This document shows positions 1 through 10,537 of a stretch of DNA of 64,000 nucleotides, in pieces. Every line of letters starts with the position of its first letter. The first letter of the stretch is position 1. The stretch is from Planctomycetota bacterium (GTDB lineage: Bacteria > Planctomycetota > SZUA-567 > H5-PLA8). Both the position numbers and the translations under genes were made by a program. Location of the stretch: positions 88,343 to 152,342 of the forward strand of contig JBBRQD010000002.1 in NCBI GenBank assembly GCA_038227045.1, in the 5' to 3' direction. Under the pieces are notes generated by a model. The model saw only the letters and a program-made list of their open reading frames with translations, did not search any database and was not told the DNA's origin.

Positions 1-2583
1 GGGCCCTTCGATGGGATACGACAGATGCGCTGAAATCGGCTTCACCGCTGCGCGGCCCATCCCGTAAAAATCGCCCAGGAGTTTGTTCTCCTCCACCGCC
101 CACGCTTCCCAGATGCGCGCCGACGCCGCCAGCTCCGGAGTGACTTTTCCATCGCGATAGGCGATCAAATACTTCGCCATCTCACTGCCAGCCGGAGGCT
201 GAGCGCCAAATTTGGCGACGAAGTTTTCCATCTGCTGAACGAGCCGGATCGTGCGGCCGTTGTCGCCGACTTCGGTATCGCCGGTCGGCGTGGTGTCGTC
301 CATGACCAGCGACATGCCGGCAAAGTTGTCGAACTTTTTTGCGATCTGCGCGGTCAACTGAAACTGCCGCATCTTTGAATTCAATTCGGTGACGACCGTA
401 TGGCAGAGCGAGCGCGGGCTGAAGGGGTCGATCAGACAACTCATTTCCGCCATGCCGCGACGGGCCAGCGCTTCGAACATTAATTCGTAATGATTCTGGT
501 AGTAATAAACTTCCGGCGCGGGCAGCGAGAGATTTTTTCGCAATAGCTGCTCGACTTCCGCAACTTCGCTGGACGAATCCCGCCCCTGATAAAAGGCCAG
601 CGGACTGAAACCGCCATGACCGAAATTCAGCGTGTCCATGCGCCCGAGAATCTCGGCGTTTCGCTCCAGCAGTCCGCGCTTCTCGTTCGCGTCGCCGATG
701 CTCTTCGGCACGTTGAAATACGTGGAACCGGAGTCGATGTTCGACAGGCCGCCCCAGCCATTGTTGAAATAATTGAAGGAATCGAGGTAGCGCGGCTGGG
801 CAATAAAAACAGTCCAGCGATTCGATTCGATGCCGCCCATCTTCGCGGCGAGCGTGTACTCACCGGGGGCAAGAGCTGCTGTCGCGGTTCCAGCTAATTT
901 GAAATGCAGCGGATAATTCCCCGCTTCGCGTTCCGGAACTTCCTGTTCCAGAATCGTGAATTCGCTTCCCGCGCCATCGGACTTCGCGGAACGTAATACG
1001 ACGCTCAATTTTCCCGCCGGCACTTTAACCGTGCTCTTGACGACCACACTGACCGGCATGTCCGAGCCGTTGAGAAACGCGTGGCGTCCCGACTCTGAAA
1101 AAACGGAGAGGTTCGTGCGCGCGGCCGGATTGATGATGGCTTGAATGAAGTCCGCGCGAAGCGGCGACAGCGGCGAACATTCGCCGCGGCGCCCGGCGAC
1201 GAGTCTTACGCGGTACACATTGCTCGGCAAATCCGGCATCACGACGTCGTACAAATTGGGTTCCGGCGCGCCCTCGACGCGCAACGATCGCCATTCGCTC
1301 AAAGGCGCCTCTTCAGCGGGAATTTCGGAAAGCTGGCCGTTGTCGTTCAAGACGGGCTGACGCGCGATAAACGCCGCCACTTGCAGCGGAGCGAGCGTGG
1401 GCGCATCGAGCGCGTCGAGGCAATCCAGCCTCATGCGCAACGCTTCGCCAGCGTTCGCGCTGAAGGCGGGCGAGGCCGCGACGATCATGCGCGGTTCCTG
1501 CGATTCAGGCGACGTGGCGTCGATCGCAATCCGCCGCCGCCCGTATGCGCCAAGATCGCCCGACAGATGAAGGGGCTTGTTGCTCGCACGCTTCCCAATC
1601 GTAATGTCGGCACCGTCCGGCGCGGGATACATCTCGAAAAAGCGCGGAAATTTCATGCCGGGTTCGGATGTCAGTTTGAGCTGCCCGGCCGGACCCGAAA
1701 TCAAAACCTGAACCCCGTTGCCTGAAACGGTCACGGGAACTTTTATTTTTGGCAGGACAATCGAGAATCCATCTTCAATCCCAACGCCGCCGCCGGTGGT
1801 GGGTTTCCCGTTGACATCAACAATGGCGACGCCCTTTTCAGTTACATGAAAACTCACATCCGACGGCGAGAGACGATAACCGGCACTTTCGGAATTGGCG
1901 ATCATATACAGCGTCAAGCGCTTGAACGTCGCGCCGTCGCCCAGATTTTCTTCCTTGGGAAGCAACTCTTCTTTTCCCCAATAAATGCGCGGCGCGACCG
2001 GGAGCCGGCGCGCTTCGGCGGGAAGTTCGCGGACAAAGCTTCCGTCCACGGCGATCACGCCGACGGGAAAAAGCAGGATGTCCAGCGACGCGCCATTGGC
2101 TTTCAACGTTGGATCGCCGCTCGCGATTTTGCCGGCCTGAATCGCAAACTTATGTCCGCCCGGATCGATGACATGTTCGCCATCATCCAGATTCAGCTTG
2201 ATGGTATCCGAACGGCCGAGATAGCTGCCCTGGTAGGATTTTGTGAACGGGATTTTGTGATCGACGACGATGCCGCGCATGTAGTTTGAATAGCGGTCGA
2301 ATTCCGCCTTCGCCGCGCCCGCCTGGTCTTTCGGCGCGAAGCTTTTCCCCGCGTTCTTCGCGCGCGCCGCAGCAGCTTCCGCGTCGGCCTTGGCCTTCGC
2401 ACGCTCGGCGTCGACGTCGATGTGCGCGATGGCGGTCGACACGGCTTTGTCAGGCGCGTCCGAACGCACCAGCCGCAAGGTCACTTCCGCGGCCCGCGCA
2501 TGGCCACCGGCCAGCAGCGCGAAAACCGCCGCGAGAAACATCCGCATCTTGGCGCACATGTGGCGGCGCGAATCGGCCTCCAT
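1..2583 (-). CDS. Large secreted hypothetical protein, 3'-truncated by window edge (>=861 aa); last visible gene of the MoxR operon
   Basis: Absent from the ORF track (no stop in window). Manual translation is open from ATG 2583 to base 1 (MEADSRRHMCAKMRMFLAAVFALLAGGHARAAEV... signal peptide). The ATG overlaps the TAA of the HEAT gene (TAATG). Confidence 0.85.
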   Translation of the reverse strand, partial: MEADSRRHMCAKMRMFLAAVFALLAGGHARAAEVTLRLVRSDAPDKAVSTAIAHIDVDAERAKAKADAEAAAARAKNAGKSFAPKDQAGAAKAEFDRYSNYMRGIVVDHKIPFTKSYQGSYLGRSDTIKLNLDDGEHVIDPGGHKFAIQAGKIASGDPTLKANGASLDILLFPVGVIAVDGSFVRELPAEARRLPVAPRIYWGKEELLPKEENLGDGATFKRLTLYMIANSESAGYRLSPSDVSFHVTEKGVAIVDVNGKPTTGGGVGIEDGFSIVLPKIKVPVTVSGNGVQVLISGPAGQLKLTSEPGMKFPRFFEMYPAPDGADITIGKRASNKPLHLSGDLGAYGRRRIAIDATSPESQEPRMIVAASPAFSANAGEALRMRLDCLDALDAPTLAPLQVAAFIARQPVLNDNGQLSEIPAEEAPLSEWRSLRVEGAPEPNLYDVVMPDLPSNVYRVRLVAGRRGECSPLSPLRADFIQAIINPAARTNLSVFSESGRHAFLNGSDMPVSVVVKSTVKVPAGKLSVVLRSAKSDGAGSEFTILEQEVPEREAGNYPLHFKLAGTATAALAPGEYTLAAKMGGIESNRWTVFIAQPRYLDSFNYFNNGWGGLSNIDSGSTYFNVPKSIGDANEKRGLLERNAEILGRMDTLNFGHGGFSPLAFYQGRDSSSEVAEVEQLLRKNLSLPAPEVYYYQNHYELMFEALARRGMAEMSCLIDPFSPRSLCHTVVTELNSKMRQFQLTAQIAKKFDNFAGMSLVMDDTTPTGDTEVGDNGRTIRLVQQMENFVAKFGAQPPAGSEMAKYLIAYRDGKVTPELAASARIWEAWAVEENKLLGDFYGMGRAAVKPISAHLSYPIEGP

Positions 2584-4121
2584 TATTGACTTCCTTTCTC
2601 GGCGAGCTTCGCTTTCCATTTCGCGCAACTCGCGCGCACTTCGCGATTCGAGTCGAGCGCCATCGCGTCCAGCATCGGCACGTCGTATTCGTCCAGCAGT
2701 CCTTCGGCCAGATAGAGGCCCAGCGTCTCCGTCGCTTCAAAGCGCAATTCGTCGGACTCGTGTTCGATGAACTTTAAAATCGTGTCGCGCACCGCGCGCG
2801 TTCGAAGACTGGGTTCGCGCAACATGCGAAAGAACATCGGGGCGATCTGCCAGTCGTCGGCGCTTGAATTCGTGCCGATGGCAAATGAGGCCAGCGGGCG
2901 CGACGCGGAGTGTCCGATTTCGCGAATCGATGTCTGTAACGCCACCGAGAGTTGCTTGATGCGGGTTTCCTTGAGCATCGTGACCAGTGGCCGCGCGGCG
3001 CGTTCGACTTTGTACTTGCCCAGCAATTCGACGGTCTGAATAAACAATTCGGTTAGATCCTTGTCCTTGCCCAATGTCTGGCGCGGCAGCTTCAATGTTT
3101 CCAATAAATACGGAACGCAGCGATCGTCGCCAAGGTGGCCGGCAATAATGGCCAGCGTTCCATTGTTGATGAGAATCGGCATGTATTTCTCAAACGACTG
3201 CTTGTCGTAAGGCAGCGGCACGACGCGCCCCAGACAAACACCCGTAAGACCTGGAATGTGGCCGGGATTCGCGGGATCGCCCGCGGCTTCGATGGTTTGA
3301 ACGATCGCTTTTCGATTGAAACTGGTCTCGCGCTCCAACGCCGTAATCAGCGCGGGCAGCGAATCAGGGACGCGCAGAGCGGCCAGTGTTTTGACAATTC
3401 CCAGCCGCACGCGGCTACTCGGTTCGATCCATACAACCTGTTCGACAAGGACAGGCGGCACCGATTTTTCCGAGTCCGTCGAATTCTGCGATTTGTCTTT
3501 GGATCGCGCGGGCGTTTTTGCGCTCTCCGGCGGTTTGACCCATTCGATACGGTAATCGAGCCGTGGCGCTAACACTTGCCAGAGATCTTTTCTGTCGCCG
3601 GCACGAATGGCGCTTGCAGCCGCGAGCCGCGTTTCGTCGTCGGGATCGGCGACTGCCGCCTCGATCGCTTTTTCAATCACCGCGGCGTTGGCGGAATCGG
3701 TCGCGCGCAAGCGGGCCAGCGCGAACACCGCTGCGGAGCGCACCGCCGGATAAGGGTCGATGCAGAGTTTCGCGATGGCCGCGCACGCTTCAGGCGCAGG
3801 CGCGGAACCCGCCGCGCATTCGCCCAGCGCCATCGCGACCGTGGCGCGCAGTTCGCCGTCTTTCGCTTCTATTAATGGAAGGAGAGCGGGAATCCCGCCC
3901 GGCAATTTCATTTTTCCCAATGCCGCCGCCGCCAGATCCGCACGTGGGCCTTTCAACGCAGCCTTTAGCGCGTCGAGCGCTGGCGCTCCGGTCTTGACGA
4001 CGGCTTCGAAATTCTGCGCGTCCTGCAAATTTGCAATCTGCTCGTCGAGCGTGGCGGCGCCCGCACCGGCGGCGACACACGCGGCTATAATCGTGCAAGC
4101 GCATAGAGTGAGACGATTCAT
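2583..4121 (-). CDS. Secreted HEAT/PBS-lyase repeat protein
   Basis: Signal peptide MNRLTLCACTIIAACVAAGAGA. HEAT-like repeats (ELRATVAMALGE, PAVRSAAVFALARL, ELRFEATETLG). ATGA overlap with the upstream stop. Confidence 0.85.
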   Translation of the reverse strand: MNRLTLCACTIIAACVAAGAGAATLDEQIANLQDAQNFEAVVKTGAPALDALKAALKGPRADLAAAALGKMKLPGGIPALLPLIEAKDGELRATVAMALGECAAGSAPAPEACAAIAKLCIDPYPAVRSAAVFALARLRATDSANAAVIEKAIEAAVADPDDETRLAAASAIRAGDRKDLWQVLAPRLDYRIEWVKPPESAKTPARSKDKSQNSTDSEKSVPPVLVEQVVWIEPSSRVRLGIVKTLAALRVPDSLPALITALERETSFNRKAIVQTIEAAGDPANPGHIPGLTGVCLGRVVPLPYDKQSFEKYMPILINNGTLAIIAGHLGDDRCVPYLLETLKLPRQTLGKDKDLTELFIQTVELLGKYKVERAARPLVTMLKETRIKQLSVALQTSIREIGHSASRPLASFAIGTNSSADDWQIAPMFFRMLREPSLRTRAVRDTILKFIEHESDELRFEATETLGLYLAEGLLDEYDVPMLDAMALDSNREVRASCAKWKAKLAEKGSQ

Positions 4122-7100
4122 TTGAACTCCAAACGAGCCGCCGCCCAATTCGCAATGTCGTTCTTCGTACCGTCGCCGGCATCGTCAACCCAAAGCATCA
4201 GGATAATCGCTTCAGACACGTCGATATCCACGTCCTTCGGTTCGCTGTAATAGGTCATGTCGCCGGAATCCCAAAGCATCTTTGTGCCGTCGCCAATTCT
4301 AAAACGGACGGAACCTTGGCCATTGGTCGCGGCGTCAACCCCGACTGTCGCCTTGAAGCGCTTGTACTGCTTGTTCGGGCTCAACACCATCAGGCTGTCG
4401 GCGAGCGCCGCCGCCGAATGCGTTCCGATTCCCTTTGCGAAAGGTTCGGTGGTCTTTTTGAAAAATCGGATCGGGCCGCCCAGGATATTTTTGTCGCGGT
4501 TCACTCCCGGGCCGTAGCCGCTCGTGCCGACGAGAAGCGACAAGTCGGACACGTAGATCGATCGCGTTTCGATCGGCCCAGCCCAATAACAGAAGCTAGT
4601 CGATTCGCCGTCGCCTTGCGTGACGAAGCGCAGTTGCGCGCTCGGCTTGCCTTTGAAGAACTTGTTCGGCACAACAAATTCGATGTCGCGCCAGCGGTAG
4701 CGGCGGTCGCGTTTGAACGCAAACCATTGCCCTGCGAGTTCGCCGTTGCAATACACCTTGACCAGTTGATTTTGCACCGCGTAGTCGATGCGCTTGCGCA
4801 GCAGCAGATCGGCGTTTCCAAATGACGTGACATCAACCGCGAAACTCTCGACTGCTTCGGCGTTGCCTTCATTCTTGAAATAGCGGCCGGTGTCCACGAC
4901 ATGGCGGCCGTAATCGTTGTGGTAGGAACTGTCGATTGGGGCGCTTAGACGGCTGTGCGTGGTGCTGTAGTTCGCGGTCCTTTCGTCATCCGGATTGCCA
5001 ACGTCGAGCGTGAAGGTAAAGCGCTGCTTCCAGGCGGATTCGGGCGCGTCGTCGTAACGCACCGCGCCGCGTTCGAGATTCTTTGCGAAGAGTGTCGCGT
5101 CTGCCTTGCCAAAGAGAATGTATCGCGGCGCCGGTTTCAGCGTGACTGAATTTGCCGGCGAATCGATTTTCACTGCGTTGCCGAAACTATCCGTTACGGA
5201 CTCGGGTACGGCGGGGAGCGACAGGCTGCTGCTGCCTTCGCGGCGCCAAGCGGCCAACAGAAGTTTGCCGTCGTCACGTTGAAATAAGTAGGCTCGCGCC
5301 AGAGCGTCCGAGCGATCGTTCAAGAACAATTCGCGGACGAAGGTGGTTTTGTCGAACAACGCGCGAACGACCTTCGCTGAAATTGCGGCCGGCTTGATTC
5401 CGAACATCGAGCCTTCCGGATAAATCAAATCCGCCGAATCGCGTTTGGCCAGCGCTTCGGTGTGGTCGGGTTTGAGAATGATTTGATTGACGCCCTGTGC
5501 GCGGCACATCACATACGCGCGGGGGATGAACAGTGCCTGGTCGAATTCGCTGACGTGGTACTGATCGTCGCCGCTGGGCCACGCCAAATTCAGCGCCCAC
5601 AATTCCGGCGCGATGCGTTCCTGACGGCGCACGCGTTGCGCGCGCGCCAGCGAAACGTCCATGAATCCGTCCTCCGGGGAGAGCGGCGAGGTCGACGGTA
5701 GAATTCCCACGCCGCTCAGATATCGCGTGGCACCGGAGTCGGAGAGCGCGATTAGATAACGCTCAATATTTTCGCGCGTGATCGCGCCGGAGACCAATTT
5801 CGCTTTGGAATTCGCATCGGCCGCGGCTTTGTGGGCCACGTCCAACATCTGCTCGGCATACTGTTCTGGTGTAGCGTTGAACGACGCGGCGTCCGGCCGG
5901 TCCCAGACGATCCATGTCGAGATTGTGTCGCCGAAATGCGCGACACTGCGGTGGACATATTCTTCCCAGTAGATTTCGCGCGACGGCATGACTGTCGTGC
6001 TGCCATACCACGCGCTCATCTTTCTATTGAACGTGGCCGAAGGGTCCGCCCACAACGGCGTAAATCCCAACATCCCGATCGTTTCCACGCCGGCGCTTCG
6101 CGCGTTTTTCAATTCCGGGTCAAGCCAGCCGAACGTCCAAAAACCGGGAGTGGGTTCGACCGAGGGGCTGTTGTCCGTCGAATGCCATGCGACAGTCACG
6201 ATGTCGCGTGTCAATCCCAGTTCAGCCAGAAGTGCGTTTCGGTTGCCAAGCAATTTGTGCAGTTCCGCGTCCGACAACGAGCCGCTTTGCTGCCCCACTG
6301 TGCCAAATTCATAGACCAAAAATTGAGCGCCGGACTTTGAATTCGCGGTGACTGTGTTTCCGGATTTGACCTCCGACAGCAGTTTGTACGGACCGATGGG
6401 CAAATCTTTTAGTTGCAAAGGCTGTATGTGCTCCGCGCCCGGCGCGAGTGTGGCGTGGCCTGGAGCGAAGGAAAAATTCTGTCCAGAAATATCTTCAAGC
6501 GACGCCTTGAAGGAGACTTGCGCTTCCTTCCAAAGCCACGCGTTCCCAACGACCAATTTGATGGCGTCGTTTCGATTCAAAAGACCCAATGGCTTCGTCG
6601 ATTCCGAACGCACTGAAATGCTTTGATTTTCGTTCGTCTGCGTCCAGACTTCCACGTCGTCCATCGATACGACGGTTTCAGGCGCACCGGCAATTTCGAG
6701 ATGATCTAGCGTGAGTGGATAATCGACGATACCATTGGCGTCCCCGTGCCCTTTTAGTTGCGCTTTCGGCTTTCCGTATCCGGGCATCGGCAGCGTCACA
6801 TATTGCCAGTCGCCGGGTGTCACGACGATCGGTCCGACGGTCCAATTATCCGGCCAACGCTGCTGGCGGGCATCAATTCCAGGGTCGTGCAACTTCATAC
6901 TGACGCGCACCGGCGCGGCGGTTTTGATCCAGACGCCGATTTTCGTCGGGTGGCCCGGCAATTCGGCGTTGAATGGAATGGACTGCCGAGCCAACGGGCC
7001 GATCTTTTTCTCTTCCTCCGTTGGATTTTGCAGAGGCGCCGCGGTTTTTGGGAGAGTGATCCGCAGCCCAAATTCGCCGCGGTGCATCGCGTCTGCCGTA

Positions 7101-7696
7101 TTTGTGAGGGGCCCATTGGGATCGGGATATTGAATCGTTTCAAAATCTTCGACAACAAATTTTGAATTCGCCTGGCCCAGAGCCAGCGCGAATTCGCCTT
7201 TGAGCGCGCCTTTCTTTTCGCTCCATTTTCCGGTCAAGTAAAATGGCCCGGCATGGTTCGCGGCCGGTTTAAAGGCGATTGGAGCCAACGCAGACGCGCC
7301 GACTTTGGCCGAAACATCGAGCGCAATTTTTTGAATCTCCGCCCCTTCATAGTCCGTGATAATGCCTTCGAAATGAACTGTATAGTCTTCCGCATTCGCG
7401 GTGACACTTGCATTGACCACGATCTCGTCGGCGCAACTTCCAGTGAGATACGCCTCCTCGGTGCGGCGCACGTTTTTAACATTTTGCGTGGCCGCATCTA
7501 AATCGATGCCTTCAAACAACGACGCGACGCGCGCATGGTTTTCGCCGGGCAGAACGGTGACCACAATGGGCGGCGGTGGCGGCGCTTTGGGCGCGTCCTT
7601 TGGCCCGGGCTTCTGCTCGGCCCTCAGCGGCGCAACCCAGGCGCACGCGCAGAACGCGGTGCCGATCAATGCATTTCGAATGGCGGTGCCTTCCAC
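4118..7696 (-). CDS. Secreted multidomain carbohydrate-binding protein: CBM-like and Ig-like domains, degenerate GH-A-like (GH39/GH5) barrel, C-terminal NPCBM/NEW2
   Basis: GTG start at 7696 after GAGGGA. Signal peptide ending APLRA. C-terminal NPCBM motifs (IYVSDL, KGIGTHS, FKATVGVD, GSVRFRI, DIANWAAARL). Central WTFGWLD...GMLGFTPLWA...WIVWDRPD barrel. Confidence 0.75.
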   Translation of the reverse strand: MEGTAIRNALIGTAFCACAWVAPLRAEQKPGPKDAPKAPPPPPIVVTVLPGENHARVASLFEGIDLDAATQNVKNVRRTEEAYLTGSCADEIVVNASVTANAEDYTVHFEGIITDYEGAEIQKIALDVSAKVGASALAPIAFKPAANHAGPFYLTGKWSEKKGALKGEFALALGQANSKFVVEDFETIQYPDPNGPLTNTADAMHRGEFGLRITLPKTAAPLQNPTEEEKKIGPLARQSIPFNAELPGHPTKIGVWIKTAAPVRVSMKLHDPGIDARQQRWPDNWTVGPIVVTPGDWQYVTLPMPGYGKPKAQLKGHGDANGIVDYPLTLDHLEIAGAPETVVSMDDVEVWTQTNENQSISVRSESTKPLGLLNRNDAIKLVVGNAWLWKEAQVSFKASLEDISGQNFSFAPGHATLAPGAEHIQPLQLKDLPIGPYKLLSEVKSGNTVTANSKSGAQFLVYEFGTVGQQSGSLSDAELHKLLGNRNALLAELGLTRDIVTVAWHSTDNSPSVEPTPGFWTFGWLDPELKNARSAGVETIGMLGFTPLWADPSATFNRKMSAWYGSTTVMPSREIYWEEYVHRSVAHFGDTISTWIVWDRPDAASFNATPEQYAEQMLDVAHKAAADANSKAKLVSGAITRENIERYLIALSDSGATRYLSGVGILPSTSPLSPEDGFMDVSLARAQRVRRQERIAPELWALNLAWPSGDDQYHVSEFDQALFIPRAYVMCRAQGVNQIILKPDHTEALAKRDSADLIYPEGSMFGIKPAAISAKVVRALFDKTTFVRELFLNDRSDALARAYLFQRDDGKLLLAAWRREGSSSLSLPAVPESVTDSFGNAVKIDSPANSVTLKPAPRYILFGKADATLFAKNLERGAVRYDDAPESAWKQRFTFTLDVGNPDDERTANYSTTHSRLSAPIDSSYHNDYGRHVVDTGRYFKNEGNAEAVESFAVDVTSFGNADLLLRKRIDYAVQNQLVKVYCNGELAGQWFAFKRDRRYRWRDIEFVVPNKFFKGKPSAQLRFVTQGDGESTSFCYWAGPIETRSIYVSDLSLLVGTSGYGPGVNRDKNILGGPIRFFKKTTEPFAKGIGTHSAAALADSLMVLSPNKQYKRFKATVGVDAATNGQGSVRFRIGDGTKMLWDSGDMTYYSEPKDVDIDVSEAIILMLWVDDAGDGTKNDIANWAAARLEFK

Positions 7697-7707
7697 GGTT
7701 CCCTCTA

Positions 7708-8637
7708 TTAATGAGTCATTACATAGAAGACGATGTTGATGCCGATGCGGTAGCCCGCTTCGCGCATTCCCGGAAAACGATCCATGTTGTGCATGCCCGT
7801 TCCGAGCGGATTGGTGGGTGTCGGCGGGCTCGAGATTTCCCACATGCAGCCCAAATCCGGCGGTGTGTAAAGCACGGACATGCGGTTGTCGATATCCATA
7901 TATTCAAACGCATTGGCCCGCAGCGCCGTGGACAATCCCGCTTCGTTGACTTGATCCCACTTAAAGAATTGCTTCAGCAGTGTGCCAAAGTTTGGCGTTT
8001 CCAAATTGAAGGGCGTCAGCTCTTTTTCCGGAAATACTTTTCGAAGTTCGCGGTGAAATGCCGGGCCGAATGGAAACCCGTAGAGGCAGTCGTCGGCATG
8101 GAGGAATCCGCCGTTTTGCAAATACCGTTTCAATCCGGCGGCTTCGGGATCGGAGAGCGTGAAGGCGTTGTGTGCCGTCATGAACACAAATGGCCAGTCG
8201 CACAGGTCTGGCGCGTCGAAGGTCAGCGGATTGCGCGGCTGGAGCGCCTGCGCGTCTTTGCCGGTGCGGCGTTTGTACTGCTCGATAAACGCCGGGAGCG
8301 AGGTCGGGTCGGTGTCCCAATCCGCATTGAATTTGAGTTCGCGCATCACGAACCGACGGCGATTGCGAATGAAATCGTCAGGCACTTCCGAATCGGCTTC
8401 AGCGCTGTCGCTGGACTCCGTGCTGAGCGCGGCGAGTTCATCGGAGGACATGCCCACGATGCCCGTGTCAGCCGGAGCATCGCCGGAATTCTTCGCGTCA
8501 GGTCCGGCCAGGATCGACGCCCAATTGTCATTCTTGGCGGGAGAAGTCTCCGCGGCGTGCGCGGCGAATGAATAGAGCAGCACGGCGCATGCAGCGGCGG
8601 CGCAAGTCCGGCGTGTAAATGAATCCTTTCGTTTCAT
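7708..8637 (-). CDS. DUF4159 domain protein (exported)
   Basis: DWDTDPTSL, PFVFMTAH, LKRYLQNGGFLHADDC, DLGCMWE and RIGINIVFYVMTH are typical DUF4159 motifs. N-terminal signal peptide containing RR. Confidence 0.85.
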   Translation of the reverse strand: MKRKDSFTRRTCAAAACAVLLYSFAAHAAETSPAKNDNWASILAGPDAKNSGDAPADTGIVGMSSDELAALSTESSDSAEADSEVPDDFIRNRRRFVMRELKFNADWDTDPTSLPAFIEQYKRRTGKDAQALQPRNPLTFDAPDLCDWPFVFMTAHNAFTLSDPEAAGLKRYLQNGGFLHADDCLYGFPFGPAFHRELRKVFPEKELTPFNLETPNFGTLLKQFFKWDQVNEAGLSTALRANAFEYMDIDNRMSVLYTPPDLGCMWEISSPPTPTNPLGTGMHNMDRFPGMREAGYRIGINIVFYVMTH

Positions 8638-8653
8638 CTCGTTCGTCTCCAAT

Positions 8654-10537
8654 TCACTTTCCTTTTGGGCTGGCTGGCGCAGCCTTGATTACGTGCAGGC
8701 TGTCGAAATAATCCTGCATTAATTGCTGATCGGAACCTTTGACGCCGTCACCGACCTGCGACGCTTCGAGCAATTTTGCAGCGACTTTTGCGGCCGGTTC
8801 GCTTTCGGGAGAACTGCGCGGCGGAATCTCGCGTTTGCTCAGCGACGCGACTTGCAGCGATTCATACCATTGTGTCGACCAATCGTCTTTGTAGACGGCC
8901 TCGTTGAACAATTCTTCCTGCGTGACCACGGCGATGCGGTACGCCGGAGTGGAGGCTTTGTGCGGACCTTTCGCGGGCTCCAAATTGTAAGCGTCTTCAA
9001 CCTCGGCGGAGATGATGATGCGGTCGCCAACGACGGCTCCGATGTCCGAGAGTCTCAGCATCGCGAGCTGCGGGATATCCGCGCGCGGCAGAGCGAATTG
9101 AATTTCCTTTCGATCCTTTTTTTTCTCCGTGCCATTTTCGAGTTCTTCGATGCGGTACTTCAGCGTCACTTTTGAAATGCCATAGTCGTCGCTTGCTTTG
9201 ATGGCCACTGGAATGCCGCCGAGATTCTGTTCCAGCACGTGAAGCTCATCCGCGCTGCTGCGATGCGGCAAGCCAATAAAGGAGACTTTCGGCGCTTGAT
9301 CTTTGACGATTATCAACTCGTAAGCGTGACTGACATCGGCGTTGGCGAAGCCGAATTCATCGGTCAAGCGCAGCGTGTACGATTCCTTGATTTCAAGGTC
9401 GCTGGATTCCAGCCATTTGGCGTCGTCCAGCCGAATGATCGCTTTCGCAAAAGTACCGGCGACTTTCATGGCGTCGGGTTGCTTCAGGAATGTTCCGGCC
9501 ATCGACGCGGTCTTCAACGGCTTGTTCGTTTCGATGGTCAGGACAATGGTGCTGCCAAAAAGGGATTTCAAATTTCCGTCGCTGCGCGGCTGAACGATGG
9601 TGCCACGGCGAACGTATTCGGGCATTTCGTATTCGACCGTCACGTTCGTAATGCGCGGCGTTTCAGTGACGACGACGTTGACGTCATCGCTTTCGATTTG
9701 CCCGGCGGCGAAATGGAACTGGAACGGCTTCTTCACGTCCCTGGCGACGTATTCCGCCGCACCGGCTGCGTCAACCGTGACCGGGATGGTGCGCCATTCT
9801 GTTGCGTCTTTGTCGCGAATGAGCAGAGACATCGAGTCGTTCCGAAAACCTTGCTGGCGCGCGCGAATGCTCACGTCGCTGCCCACTAAATACGCGGGCT
9901 TGTCCAGCGGATCGACGACGATTTTAGCGCCAGCGACTTTCTGCGCGACGTTGCGCAGATCGGCCCAGGCTGTGGCCATGCTCCAAAATGCGTCGCGGAT
10001 TCCGGCCGGGTTGTAGGCAATTGCGCCGATCCACAGTGCGAACGTCAGCAAGGCCAGCATGATTTGCCGTTGCGTCGCGCGCCGATCGACGACCGTGCGG
10101 AAATCTTCGGTGCGCGTGGATTCTTGCGCGTGCAAGATGAGCGCCTGGATCATGTCTGAATCGAAACGCGGCTTCGCTGAATGCAAATCGGCATAAGTCT
10201 CCAACGCGCTGACGATTTTGCTTCTGAATTCGGGCCTCTTGGCTTCCACAAGCAGCGCGGCGCGCGTCGGGCTGTAGCGCTCCATTAATGGGAGCACAAT
10301 CCAGCGCCATCCCCAGTAAACGATGCCGATACCGAGCAGCGGAATCACGAACAGGCGCAGCCAAAACGTCAGGCCAATCGCAAGCTGCACAAACAGAATC
10401 AGCAGCAACGGGACGCCGATCCGCCAGCACAGTCGCCCCGCGCCTTCCATGAACGCGCAGCGCTTATGGAGCGCGGCGACGGCGGCGACGCGCGCGTGGA
10501 TTGTTTCGTAGGACGTTTTGACATCGGCGGAGATCAT
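8654..10537 (-). CDS. Membrane-anchored DUF4175-like protein with Ig-like periplasmic domains
   Basis: Three N-terminal TM segments, AALLVE..PEFRSKIVSALE, DQAPKV and ASDDYGISKV motifs. Operon context. Confidence 0.65.
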   Translation of the reverse strand: MISADVKTSYETIHARVAAVAALHKRCAFMEGAGRLCWRIGVPLLLILFVQLAIGLTFWLRLFVIPLLGIGIVYWGWRWIVLPLMERYSPTRAALLVEAKRPEFRSKIVSALETYADLHSAKPRFDSDMIQALILHAQESTRTEDFRTVVDRRATQRQIMLALLTFALWIGAIAYNPAGIRDAFWSMATAWADLRNVAQKVAGAKIVVDPLDKPAYLVGSDVSIRARQQGFRNDSMSLLIRDKDATEWRTIPVTVDAAGAAEYVARDVKKPFQFHFAAGQIESDDVNVVVTETPRITNVTVEYEMPEYVRRGTIVQPRSDGNLKSLFGSTIVLTIETNKPLKTASMAGTFLKQPDAMKVAGTFAKAIIRLDDAKWLESSDLEIKESYTLRLTDEFGFANADVSHAYELIIVKDQAPKVSFIGLPHRSSADELHVLEQNLGGIPVAIKASDDYGISKVTLKYRIEELENGTEKKKDRKEIQFALPRADIPQLAMLRLSDIGAVVGDRIIISAEVEDAYNLEPAKGPHKASTPAYRIAVVTQEELFNEAVYKDDWSTQWYESLQVASLSKREIPPRSSPESEPAAKVAAKLLEASQVGDGVKGSDQQLMQDYFDSLHVIKAAPASPKGK

